Origin: Candidatus Marinacidobacterales bacterium
GTDB taxonomy: Bacteria > Acidobacteriota > Vicinamibacteria > Marinacidobacterales > DATDRI01
Direction: 5' to 3'
Length of the DNA: 64,000 bases
Assembly (NCBI GenBank): GCA_965219415.1
Contig: OZ244742.1
Coordinates: forward strand, 384,001 to 448,000
Below, piece by piece: positions 16,973-26,196 of this stretch. The notes beneath the pieces were generated by a model. That model saw only the letters and a program-made list of their open reading frames with translations. It had not been told where the DNA came from and ran no database searches. The translations under genes were made by a program, and so were the position numbers. How positions within the stretch are numbered: the stretch's first letter is position 1; every line of letters starts with the position of its first letter.

Positions 16973-19455
16973 TCTCCCACCACCACGTTGACCAGCCGTT
17001 TCGGGACAACGACCACGCGCTCCACCGTCCGTCCCGAGGTAAGAGAGCGCACCTTCTCGTCGTCGAGCGCCAGCCGCCTCAGCTCTTCCTCCGCGAGATC
17101 GGCGGGAATGGCGATGCGACTCCGCACCTTACCGTTCACTTGCAGAACCAGGGTAATGGTTTCTTGAACCACGATCGATGAGTCGTAGGAGGGCCACTCC
17201 ACTTTCCGCAGTCCGCCCCGGTGCCCCAGCATCTCCCACATTTCTTCGGAAGCGTGCGGGGTGAAGGGGCTTAACAAAAGCACCATCGTTTCAGCGGCCT
17301 CACGAAGAGCCTTCCCAACCTCGGAGCGTTCTCCTTCCGCCGGGCGAGATCCAAGGTATTTGTAGACCTCGTTGGTGAGCTCCATGATCGCCGAAATCGC
17401 GGTGTTCAAGTGGAAGCGCTCCTCGATGTCTCGAGTCACTCGCAGGATGGTTTGATGTGTCTTCCTTCTTAGCGCGGTCTCAGCCTCGTTCCAAGCTTCT
17501 TCGCCGTTGATCACCTCGGCGGACTTGATGTACTCCTGTTCACCAGCGACGAGTCGCCAAACCCTCTGAAGGAATCGTGCTGGCCCCTCCAACCTTTGGT
17601 CGGTCCAGTCCATCTCCTTTTCGGGCGGAGCTTCGAAGAGCACATAGAGCCTCGCCGTGTCGGCGCCAACGCGGCTGACGACTTCGTCCGGCTCGACGAC
17701 GTTCCCTTTCGACTTGGACATGACCGACCCATCCTTGAGCACCATCCCCTGCGACAGAAGCTCGGTCACCGGCTCGGCGCCGTCTACCAACTCGAGATCG
17801 CGCATCACTTTGGTCCAGAAGCGAGAATAGATGAGATGTAGAATCGCGTGCTCGATACCACCGGCGTAGAGATCGATGGGAAACCAATAGCCCGCTTTGT
17901 CGCTGCCGAACGGAGCGGTATCGTTGCGTGGATCGGTGTAGCGGTAAAAGTACCACGAAGAGTCCACGAACGTGTCCATGGTGTCGGTCTCACGTTTCGC
18001 GGGACCTCTGCACTCCGGACAATTGACATTGACGAACTCGGGAATCGACTCGAGTGGCGACTTACCTTGGCCCGTGATGTCGATGGCCTTAGGAAGTACC
18101 ACCGGCAGATCGGCTTCCGGAACCGATACCACGCCGCATGCACCGCAGTGGATCATTGGAATGGGGGTTCCCCAGTACCGTTGGCGAGAAATGCCCCAAT
18201 CTCTAAGCCGGTAGGTTACGGTCTTCTTGCCGAAACCCTGCTCTTCGGCGTAAGCGGCCATCGCCGGCATGGCTTCCTCCGACGGAAGACCGCTGAAACT
18301 TCCTGAGTCCACCAGCGTTCCGTAGTTGGAGTGGGCGTCATCGAGAGAGTCCGAGCTCAGCGTGCTTCCCGACGGCTGAATTACGACCGGAATAGGGAGA
18401 TCGTACTTGCGCGCGAATTCGAGATCTCTCTCGTCGTGAGCGGGTACCGCCATAACGGCGCCGGTCCCGTAGCCCATGAGAACGTAATCGGCGATCCAGA
18501 TGGGGACCCGCTCCTGGGTAAACGGGTTGACGGCGAAGCGGCCGGTGGCCATGCCCTTTTTTTCTAGGTCGGCCGGGTCCTTGGTTTCCTTTGCACGCGC
18601 TACCGCCTGTTCGATGAAGGAACGGAGCTCCGGCGATCGCTCTGCGTAGGCCTTGGCACGTGGATGCTCGGGTGCAAGAAGTAGAAAGCTTGCGCCGTAA
18701 ATCGTGTCAATACGTGTGGTGAAGACCCGAATGGGCTCTTCCGCTTCTACCGCGAAGCCGACCTCCGCACCTTCCGAGCGTCCGATCCAATTGCGTTGCA
18801 TCGTGAGGACGCGCTCTGGCCATTTGTCGAGGCGCGCCATATCGGATAGCAACTCCTCCGCGTAGCTCGTGATCTTGAGAAACCACTGCTCGAGATCCCG
18901 CTGAATGACTTCGGTGCCACACCTCCAACAGCCGCCCCCTTCGACTTGCTCGTTGGCCAGCACCGTTTGGCAGCTGGGACACCAGTTCACCGTGGCCTTT
19001 TTCCGGTACGCCAACCCCTTCTTCCACATCTGGATAAAGAACCATTGGTTCCAACGATAGTAATCGGGAGCGCAGCTTGCGATTTCCCTCTCCCACGCGT
19101 AGGAGAAACCCATTCGCTTGAGCTGCCTTTTCATATGATCGATGTTGGACAGTGTCCACTCCTCCGGGTGGGTACCGTGCTTCAAGGCGGCGTTCTCTGC
19201 CGGAAGCCCTAGCGCATCCCAGCCGATCGGGTGGAGGACGTTGAACCCTCTCATTCTCTTGAATCGTGCGACGACGTCGACGATCGAGTAGTTGCGCACG
19301 TGCCCCATGTGAATTCTTCCCGAGGGATAGGGCAACATGGGCAAGCAATAGAACTTGGGGCGGCTAGGATCCTCGGTGACCTCGAAGACGCGAGTTTCGG
19401 CCCAACGCTTCTGCCACTTCGATTCGATTGCCTGAAACTCGTACGTTCGACTCAT
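16969..19455 (-). CDS. leuS: leucine--tRNA ligase
   Basis: MLPYPSGRIHMGH, GYGTGAVMAVPAHD, SRQRYWGTPIP, VMSKSKGN, QVNGKVR; ATG at 19455. Confidence 0.97.
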   Translation of the reverse strand: MSRTYEFQAIESKWQKRWAETRVFEVTEDPSRPKFYCLPMLPYPSGRIHMGHVRNYSIVDVVARFKRMRGFNVLHPIGWDALGLPAENAALKHGTHPEEWTLSNIDHMKRQLKRMGFSYAWEREIASCAPDYYRWNQWFFIQMWKKGLAYRKKATVNWCPSCQTVLANEQVEGGGCWRCGTEVIQRDLEQWFLKITSYAEELLSDMARLDKWPERVLTMQRNWIGRSEGAEVGFAVEAEEPIRVFTTRIDTIYGASFLLLAPEHPRAKAYAERSPELRSFIEQAVARAKETKDPADLEKKGMATGRFAVNPFTQERVPIWIADYVLMGYGTGAVMAVPAHDERDLEFARKYDLPIPVVIQPSGSTLSSDSLDDAHSNYGTLVDSGSFSGLPSEEAMPAMAAYAEEQGFGKKTVTYRLRDWGISRQRYWGTPIPMIHCGACGVVSVPEADLPVVLPKAIDITGQGKSPLESIPEFVNVNCPECRGPAKRETDTMDTFVDSSWYFYRYTDPRNDTAPFGSDKAGYWFPIDLYAGGIEHAILHLIYSRFWTKVMRDLELVDGAEPVTELLSQGMVLKDGSVMSKSKGNVVEPDEVVSRVGADTARLYVLFEAPPEKEMDWTDQRLEGPARFLQRVWRLVAGEQEYIKSAEVINGEEAWNEAETALRRKTHQTILRVTRDIEERFHLNTAISAIMELTNEVYKYLGSRPAEGERSEVGKALREAAETMVLLLSPFTPHASEEMWEMLGHRGGLRKVEWPSYDSSIVVQETITLVLQVNGKVRSRIAIPADLAEEELRRLALDDEKVRSLTSGRTVERVVVVPKRLVNVVVGE

Positions 19456-19698
19456 TGGAACCTCGGAAAAACTCTTCATAGTAGCACAAGCAGATTCCGG
19501 TGCCTGGCTCGTTGGCGAGCAGCAAGGGATGTTTCGCGCCCGGTACGACCCAGGGCGCCTGGCCGGTCGGTGAGGGGCGGCACGACCTCGAAGTTCGCCC
19601 ACAAAACCGGTCAATCGTCCCTTGATGATGACAGGGGTCAGTCGGAGGCTGGAGCGGGAAGTCCTTTTATACATTGATGTTAAATGCCTCACACCTCA

Positions 19699-19714
19699 TG
19701 GCACTCCCTTTGCT
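19699..19714 (+). promoter_or_regulatory. sigma-54 (-24/-12) promoter
   Basis: TGGCAC-TCCCT-TTGCT matches TGGCAC-N5-TTGCW exactly, ~105 nt upstream of an AGGAGG-ATG. Confidence 0.7.
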
Positions 19715-19820
19715 TAGAGCAAGCTAGAGGTGAGGTGAGCCCCTCAACTCGCTCGGGCAACATCGCGGGGCTCGCCGAGCCACTGGAAGCCAAGCAAGTC
19801 CTAAATGCAAGGAGGTGTTC

Positions 19821-20447
19821 ATGGCTTCTCAATCGACCGGCAAAATGAGCTCGACCACAACGAGGAGTTGGCGCAGGTTAGATAGCCTTCCCCTGGTCGT
19901 GGCGCTTCAAGGGCTCGGGCTGTTCGTGCTCGCGTTTCTCATCGGGGCTCCTCCCCCTACCGATCAGGTATCGGGAAGCACCGCGGGACTCGCCGGGTAC
20001 GCTAGCAGCGAGTCGGTCCGCACGGCCTCTGACACTCGGGTACCGGCCGATCTCCTGCCGGAGCAGATTCGCTTGCCGAAGTTCCCCAACCAGGATGAAC
20101 GCGCACCAAGGCAGCAACCCGCTCCGATTTCCGAAGACCAGCAGGAAGCGTCGAATCCCGGCCTGAACCTATCCGCCCTGAGAGTAGTCAGCGTGGCGTT
20201 CGACGCACCCGCGGCGGTACAGGTGGCCCTGGCTCTTCCCGACGCTCCTGAGGAGCTCATACCGGGAGCGCCATTTCGCAGGCGCGATTTGGCGATGGTG
20301 AGGGAAGACCTGGGAAGCGAGGTCGCAAGGGAGGATGGGGAGGGATCGGTGTGTCCGGAATCGGCCGCGGCAGCGGTGGTGCTTGCGGGCGAGGCGGTTC
20401 GACAGAGACTCCCATCATCGTCGAGCAATCATTCGGCTATCCGATAA
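19821..20447 (+). CDS. hypothetical single-TM, Pro/Ser-rich protein (3' frame uncertain)
   Basis: AGGAGG at 19810-19815, ATG 19821, hydrophobic LPLVVALQGLGLFVLAFLIG, followed by a terminator. Confidence 0.6.
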   Translation: MASQSTGKMSSTTTRSWRRLDSLPLVVALQGLGLFVLAFLIGAPPPTDQVSGSTAGLAGYASSESVRTASDTRVPADLLPEQIRLPKFPNQDERAPRQQPAPISEDQQEASNPGLNLSALRVVSVAFDAPAAVQVALALPDAPEELIPGAPFRRRDLAMVREDLGSEVAREDGEGSVCPESAAAAVVLAGEAVRQRLPSSSSNHSAIR

Positions 20448-20484
20448 ACCAATAGCCGCTCCCTGGGCGGACTACTGCCGGAAC

Positions 20485-20531
20485 AAAAGAGTGGCGGCCT
20501 CAGATTCACATTTGGGGCCGCCACTCTTTTT
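20485..20531. terminator. bidirectional intrinsic terminator
   Basis: AAAAGAGTGGCGGCC...GGCCGCCACTCTTTTT between convergent genes. Confidence 0.85.
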
Positions 20532-21678
20532 ATTCACTCTCCTCCATAGCCGCTATCGCCGCTTGGATCTCCTCCGCTTGGGCGGCTTCCGAGCTCTGGG
20601 CCAATGCTAGCCGGAGTTGCTCGACCGCTTCTTCCGACCGTCCTTCCTGCTCCAGAAGCGCGGCCAGGTTCAAGTATGCCGGCACGAAGCCCGGCCGAAA
20701 CTGGATCTCCCTGCGATAGGATTCCTCCGCCAGGCCCGCGTCTCCGAGGACCTCGAACACTAGGGCGAGCGTGAACTGGACTTTAGGATGCTCGGGAGAA
20801 CGAGTGGCGAGGGACTCGAGCACGTCCCGCGCGTCTTTTTTCCTGTCCTGTGCCATGAAGGCTTGAGCTAGATTGAACGCCGCGCGGTCGTGGGGCGTCT
20901 CCCTCAGCGTCAACGGCTCCAAGACCATGATCGCGGCGTCGTACTCCTTCTTGGCGAGCATCAGGGTCCCGAGACCGAACTGCGCCTCTGCGTTTTGTGC
21001 CTCGAGCGCCGATGCCTGTCGAAAGGCAGCCTCCGCTTCTTCGAGGAAGCCTTGCTCGTATGCAGCCGCTCCCAACGCAAGCTGGAGCTGGACACTCTCT
21101 GGAGCACCATGGGCGGCATGCCTAAGACGCTCAAACGCATCCGCTCGTTTGCCTTGCGCTTGAAGGAACTTGGCGACCGCTAAATTGGCGTCTGGATGGT
21201 CAGGCTCATGATTCAGCACCGTCTGAAAACGCTCGAGCGCCAGTTCCGCGTTGCCCTCCTTCTGCTCGACGAGGCCGAGCGCGTAGAGGGCTCCCATGTT
21301 GTCGGGCTCTCGTTCGAGAGCAAGTTCCAGGCGTGAGCGCGCCCCGGAGAACTTGCCAAGCTGAATGAACGCCGTCGCCAGATGCACCAGCACCTGAGGC
21401 TCCTTGACCCGGGTGCTCCGGCTCAGACCTATCATGCCTCGCACCGCCTCCAGCTCGTAGGCAGCCTTTTTTGATTGACCTAGCTTCAAGTAAGTCAGTC
21501 CGAGCTGAACCGGTAACCAGGAACGTTGGGTCGAAGTGCCGACGCTCTCTTGAGAAGGTCGAGCGCCTCTTCGTACTGCCCCGCCGTTATAGAAGGTCAG
21601 TCCCCGTTTGTACAGGTCCCTTGGGTCGTCCTGGACACCGGCAAGCCCCAACGCCAAGACGAAGCAAAGTGTGCGCAC
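20530..21678 (-). CDS. exported TPR protein (two compensating frameshifts near the 5' end)
   Basis: Signal peptide MRTLCFVLALGLAG and many TPR motifs (ALYALGL, AQFGLGTL, AYLNLAAL). Confidence 0.85.
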   Translation of the reverse strand: MRTLCFVLALGLAGVQDDPRDLYKRGLTFYNGGAVRRGARPSQESVGTSTQRSWLPVQLGLTYLKLGQSKKAAYELEAVRGMIGLSRSTRVKEPQVLVHLATAFIQLGKFSGARSRLELALEREPDNMGALYALGLVEQKEGNAELALERFQTVLNHEPDHPDANLAVAKFLQAQGKRADAFERLRHAAHGAPESVQLQLALGAAAYEQGFLEEAEAAFRQASALEAQNAEAQFGLGTLMLAKKEYDAAIMVLEPLTLRETPHDRAAFNLAQAFMAQDRKKDARDVLESLATRSPEHPKVQFTLALVFEVLGDAGLAEESYRREIQFRPGFVPAYLNLAALLEQEGRSEEAVEQLRLALAQSSEAAQAEEIQAAIAAMEESE

Positions 21679-21819
21679 ATCCCAATATAGCCCATAGAAA
21701 AGATAGTCGGCTGCATCGGAAGTCCGGGGTCAAAATAGGTGGAGATCAGACGGGCATCAAAATGGCTGGGTGCTATCGTCAACGTGGCCAGATGCCGGCC
21801 AGACGCCCCTGTAATCCGG

Positions 21820-22914
21820 TTATCCTGTCTGGTTTTTCTTTTCTTTCTCTATTCCACGGAGTACTTTGAGAGTCATGGAGGACACGGGGTATTCGTCCAG
21901 CTTCTCTGGTGGAATCCATACTCCGGACTTCCTATTTCGCCGCCCGCGACCCGAATCATCACTCAGCCTGGCCTCGAAGGCGTGGAGTGTGATCCGCCGG
22001 TTCATGATGCTGTGCTTGACGCGCGCGAGCTCCGCGCCGGGTTCCAATCGAAGCCCATACTTCTCGCGCGCCTCACGAGCCAATGCCCCACGTGGTTCCT
22101 CGTCGTTCTGACACGAACCTCCCGGCAATTCCCACAACCCGCGCATGAGCTCCTCGTCCTCCCTCTGATACATCAACACCTTTCCTCGCCTCCGAATAAC
22201 AGCAGCAGTGAGCACTACGGGAACGGAAACCTTCCTCGTAGCCAGCTCGGGCAGGTCTTCCTGGACGCCTCGCTGAAGCGCCTTGCAGTCTTGCTGGAGA
22301 GGGCACACCAAACAGCGGGGACGACGCGGTGTGCACACCAACGCTCCCAGCTCCATGAGAGCTTGGTTGAAATCCGACACCGCTCGCGCCGGCAACAGCT
22401 CTTCCGCCTTGCGCCACAGGATCTTCCGGACCGGACTGGAGCTCGGGTCGCCCCGAACCAAGAACACCCGAGACAACACGCGCGCGACATTACCATCTAG
22501 GATCGGGTGGCGCTGGCCGTACGCGATCGAGAGAATCGCCCCCGCCGTGTATCTGCCCACTCCGGGAAGCGCCAGCCAACCATCAAGAGTCTCGGGAAAA
22601 CGACCATCGTTCTCTCCCATTACCCATTTGGCCGCTCGGTGCAGCGCCTTGGCACGTCGGTAGTAACCTAGTCCCGACCAAGCGGCTAGTACCTCTTGCT
22701 CCGACGCTCTCGCTAACGTCGCGACGTCGGGAAAGCGGCTGACGAACCGCTCGAAATATGGGACGACCGTTTTGACTTGCGTCTGTTGCAGCATCAGTTC
22801 CGAGACCCATACTCGGTAGGGCTCCGGCCGCTCCCGCCACGGGAGCTGGCGCTGATGGCGTCGATACCACGTCAGCAGGCGCGCCCCTAGTGTTCCTTTT
22901 CGATGAGATGCCAC
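21820..22914 (-). CDS. mutY: A/G-specific adenine glycosylase
   Basis: WVSELMLQQTQV, WSGLGYYRRA, LPGVGRYTAGAI, DGNVARV, FeS motif CTPRRPRCLVCPLQQDC, NUDIX-like C-terminus. Confidence 0.96.
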   Translation of the reverse strand: MASHRKGTLGARLLTWYRRHQRQLPWRERPEPYRVWVSELMLQQTQVKTVVPYFERFVSRFPDVATLARASEQEVLAAWSGLGYYRRAKALHRAAKWVMGENDGRFPETLDGWLALPGVGRYTAGAILSIAYGQRHPILDGNVARVLSRVFLVRGDPSSSPVRKILWRKAEELLPARAVSDFNQALMELGALVCTPRRPRCLVCPLQQDCKALQRGVQEDLPELATRKVSVPVVLTAAVIRRRGKVLMYQREDEELMRGLWELPGGSCQNDEEPRGALAREAREKYGLRLEPGAELARVKHSIMNRRITLHAFEARLSDDSGRGRRNRKSGVWIPPEKLDEYPVSSMTLKVLRGIEKEKKNQTG

Positions 22915-23003
22915 AATGGACTCGATGATACCCCAGGCGCGCCCACCGTTTGATCTCCGGCTCGAATGCGATAGGATGCACCCCGAGTCGGATCAGAAAC
23001 ATC

Positions 23004-23783
23004 ATGCCGCTTGCCACCTCCCTACTCCTGCTCACTCTTAGTGCGTCCCAATTCGAGCCCCCCGTCACCATTAGATGTCAGCTGGATACAAAGCTACCGC
23101 TCGACGAAATTCGCGTATCCATCACAGAGATGCGAGAACGAAAAAGCGTCCCCGGGAGCGATGGTGGCGTCACGCTCCCCGGCTTGCCGGCTGGCGACAT
23201 CCACCTGTCGTTCTTCCAAAGGGATATCTTAATAGGTCAGATCGAGCTCCGCTCCGCGAACGAGGGAGAGTTCATTCGCTTGAAGGTTCGACTGGTTACC
23301 GGTAACGCGATCTTGTTGGACGAGTTTCGAGTGAAGGGCGTGAGTGGTGTTTCTCCACCACCGACGAAATCGCTACCCGCGGCAACCCCTCTCAACGATC
23401 TCCCGTCCGGAGCAGACTCCGAACCGACGACTGTCGAAAAGAGCACAACGCGGCCCGCACCACAGCCGACCCGACCACCGACAGAATTCGCTCGACCCCC
23501 CAAAAGGACTTCGTCCACATGCCCGGCCCCCGGAGATACGATCACTCGAACCGGTAAGCTCTCGCGAATCATCGACAACGACTCATTCGAGCTGTTTGGG
23601 AGCGATCGTCGAAACTATGTCGTCTACGTAGGCAGTGCGACCCGTGTGAAACGCGGTTCGCGCCTCGTTACGAGCAGCGCCCTCCGTGAAGGCCTGGGTA
23701 TTCTTGTCAAGGGAACCGTCGCTGCCGGCCCCGAGGACGAGTGCAGCATCGGGGCTCGCGAAGTCATCGTGCAGCGCCAATGA
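23004..23783 (+). CDS. exported hypothetical protein: beta-sandwich, Pro/Thr linker, DUF5666/OB-like C-terminal domain
   Basis: Signal MPLATSLLLLTLSA; C-terminal VGSATRVKRG...ALREGLGILVKGT...IGAREVIV. Confidence 0.6.
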   Translation: MPLATSLLLLTLSASQFEPPVTIRCQLDTKLPLDEIRVSITEMRERKSVPGSDGGVTLPGLPAGDIHLSFFQRDILIGQIELRSANEGEFIRLKVRLVTGNAILLDEFRVKGVSGVSPPPTKSLPAATPLNDLPSGADSEPTTVEKSTTRPAPQPTRPPTEFARPPKRTSSTCPAPGDTITRTGKLSRIIDNDSFELFGSDRRNYVVYVGSATRVKRGSRLVTSSALREGLGILVKGTVAAGPEDECSIGAREVIVQRQ

Positions 23784-23892
23784 ACTGAGCAGCGAGAGCC
23801 AATCAGCTCGAGCACTTGCGCCGGAGGTCGGTTGCAAAGTGAGGCTCGGCAGGGCTATGCTGGCGTTCTGACTGATACAGTCGTCGAAAGAT

Positions 23893-24828
23893 ATGGGACG
23901 AATCACGCTTCATGAACGCTACGTCGACCTCGGCGTGAAATTCATCGAAGAGGGCGACCCCCAACGCGCTCTGCGCTACATAAATCGCGCCCTCACTCTG
24001 AACGAACAATCCTATTTCGCATACTACAACCGCGGGATCGTCTACGACTTGATGGATCGGCTGGAGGATGCCCTCGCCGACTATGAACGGGCCCTTGCCA
24101 TCCAACCCAACCACCTCGCATCTATCCACAATCGCGCCGTCGTTCTGCGGGAGCTCGGGCGCGCTGAAGAAGCAATCGAGAGCTTCGACGAAATCCTGAA
24201 GTACGATCCCGACAACGACGATTTCATCTACAACCGAGGGGCGGCGCTCGCCGACCTCGGGCGTTACGAAGAAGCGATCAGCTGCTACGATCGTGCTGTT
24301 CAGCTCGCGCCCAAGAAATTCGATGCCCGCATTACCAAAGCCAGCGCTCTCATCGAATGCGGCAGGTTCGAGGAGGCGATTGAGGCGGCCGACAGCATCC
24401 TAGAGATCGACGCCGCGTCGGTAGAGGCCCACTCCGTCAAGGGACTAGCACACCTGGACAACGGTCGCCCCCAAGAGGCCATCGAGTGCTTTACCCGCGC
24501 CCTCGAGCGCCAGCCCGACGACCACTCGGCACTCCTTCACCGCGGAATCGCACTGCTGCGCCTCCGTCGCAACGAACAAGCGGTACTCGATTTACGCGCT
24601 GCGCTCAAAAATCATCCCGACTGTGATGAAGCGTTTTACAACTTAGCCATCGCGTACGTGAAACTCGGTGACCGTGAGGCGGCGCTGGATGCGTTGCAGA
24701 CTGCGATCGACATCCACCCCCCTCGTCGCGCCGAGATACGAAAGGCCAAGGAGTTCGAGGCACTCCGCTCCGAGCCGCGCTTCAAGGCGGTCCTCACTGG
24801 CAAGGGAGAGCTCGGTAAAAGACGTTAG
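23893..24828 (+). CDS. TPR repeat protein
   Basis: About 8 TPRs (YYNRGIVY, IHNRAVVL, IYNRGAAL, FYNLAIAY). Confidence 0.9.
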   Translation: MGRITLHERYVDLGVKFIEEGDPQRALRYINRALTLNEQSYFAYYNRGIVYDLMDRLEDALADYERALAIQPNHLASIHNRAVVLRELGRAEEAIESFDEILKYDPDNDDFIYNRGAALADLGRYEEAISCYDRAVQLAPKKFDARITKASALIECGRFEEAIEAADSILEIDAASVEAHSVKGLAHLDNGRPQEAIECFTRALERQPDDHSALLHRGIALLRLRRNEQAVLDLRAALKNHPDCDEAFYNLAIAYVKLGDREAALDALQTAIDIHPPRRAEIRKAKEFEALRSEPRFKAVLTGKGELGKRR

Positions 24829-25055
24829 TGCCTAGCTCGACGCCCATGCGACCCATACAACCCACACAAGAGCCACGCCAAGCACCCGAGCCTCTCGATG
24901 GCCAGAACAAGCAGGAACCCGCCACGAAGTTGCATATCGAGCCCGAGACTCTCATCCTGACTTGCCCGAACTGCGGAGCAAGCCTACGAGAGGACCGCTG
25001 TAAGCTTCTTTGTACGCGCTGCCATTACTACATGAGCTGCTCGGATTACTACTGA
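24828..25055 (+). CDS. small CPxCG-type zinc-ribbon protein
   Basis: CPNCG...RCKLLCTRCHYYMSCSDYY; abuts the TPR stop; start 24828 or 24846. Confidence 0.75.
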   Translation: MPSSTPMRPIQPTQEPRQAPEPLDGQNKQEPATKLHIEPETLILTCPNCGASLREDRCKLLCTRCHYYMSCSDYY

Positions 25056-26179
25056 ATCGAGCTTAGAGCGCCACGAATACGTTCTACCCCTTGGCGAATC
25101 GCCTCTTCCTCGACTGAAAACGACAGACGCAAGAAGCGGCTGGCCCCTTCGCCGAAGGCGGCGCCCGGAATCGTGATCACTCGCGCCTGCTCCACCAATT
25201 GCATCGCGGCCCTCAAACTGTCACCTTTCGGCGCGGCTTCGATCAACATATAGAAAGTCGCCTCCGGAATCAGGGGGGAAAGGCCCAACCGTTCTCGAAC
25301 CAGCATCGCGAGAAGATCCCTGCGTTGCCCGAGCTCACGACGAAACGACTCCGCCTCGCGTTGCGCATCGGTTCCGAACGCCGCCAGAGCGGCCTTCTGA
25401 GAATGAGCCGGCGCACACGTCACGGCGTACTGATGAATGACGCGAATCGGCTCCATCCGCTCGGGCGTACCGATCGCCCAACCGAGGCGCCAGCCAGTCA
25501 TGCTCGCGAACTTGGAAAAGCTAGACACCACGACTCCGTCGGTACTGGCATCCAGATAGGACGGAGGTCGCTCACCGTAGTAAATCTCCCGATACACCTC
25601 GTCGGAGATCACCAGGAGCTCGTGCTTCGCCGCAAGCCTTGCAACGGCCCGAAGCTCCTCGAGTGGAATAATCACGCCGGTGGGATTCGCCGGGCTATTC
25701 AATACCAGCGCCCGCGTGCGCGGCGAAATCAGAGACTCTAGAGTGGCGGCGCTAAATTGAAAGCCTACCTTGGCGGATAGCGGATAAGGGATGGGCAACG
25801 CACCGGCGAGCCGAGTGATCGCCGGGTATGCAAGGAAACCGGGGTCGGGAACCAAGACTTCCTGCCCAGGGCCAAGCCAGGCCAACATGGTTGCGAAAAG
25901 CGCCTCTTGGGCGCCCACAGTAACGAGCACGGAGTCAGGACTGAGTCGATGGCCGGAGTACTCCGCTATGGCCTGGCGCAACGCAGCCAGGCCGGAAGTC
26001 GCGGTGTAGCCGAGCCGGCCCCCGTCGAGTGTTTCGTGGGCTGCGCGAACAATCGCACGCGGAGTATCGAAGTTGGGCTCTCCGAATCCCAAGTTGACAG
26101 CGTCCGTTGGGGCGGCCTCCAGGACGCGACGGATAAGAGAAATCCCGACCCCGTCGAGGCGTGAAGCGCGCTTCTTCAA
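25049..26179 (-). CDS. class I/II PLP aminotransferase, probable DapC by context
   Basis: GEPNF, NSPANPTG, SDEVY, SFSKFASMTGWRLG; last gene of the dap operon. Confidence 0.85.
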   Translation of the reverse strand: MKKRASRLDGVGISLIRRVLEAAPTDAVNLGFGEPNFDTPRAIVRAAHETLDGGRLGYTATSGLAALRQAIAEYSGHRLSPDSVLVTVGAQEALFATMLAWLGPGQEVLVPDPGFLAYPAITRLAGALPIPYPLSAKVGFQFSAATLESLISPRTRALVLNSPANPTGVIIPLEELRAVARLAAKHELLVISDEVYREIYYGERPPSYLDASTDGVVVSSFSKFASMTGWRLGWAIGTPERMEPIRVIHQYAVTCAPAHSQKAALAAFGTDAQREAESFRRELGQRRDLLAMLVRERLGLSPLIPEATFYMLIEAAPKGDSLRAAMQLVEQARVITIPGAAFGEGASRFLRLSFSVEEEAIRQGVERIRGALSSIQ

Positions 26180-26196
26180 GAGTTGGGCCGATTAAT

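Noticed and set aside
19456-19698. T-box leader for leuS, or a long N-terminal extension of LeuS
   Set aside because: No T-box consensus or terminator. The extension in the ORF track is not LeuS-like and spans a divergent promoter region.
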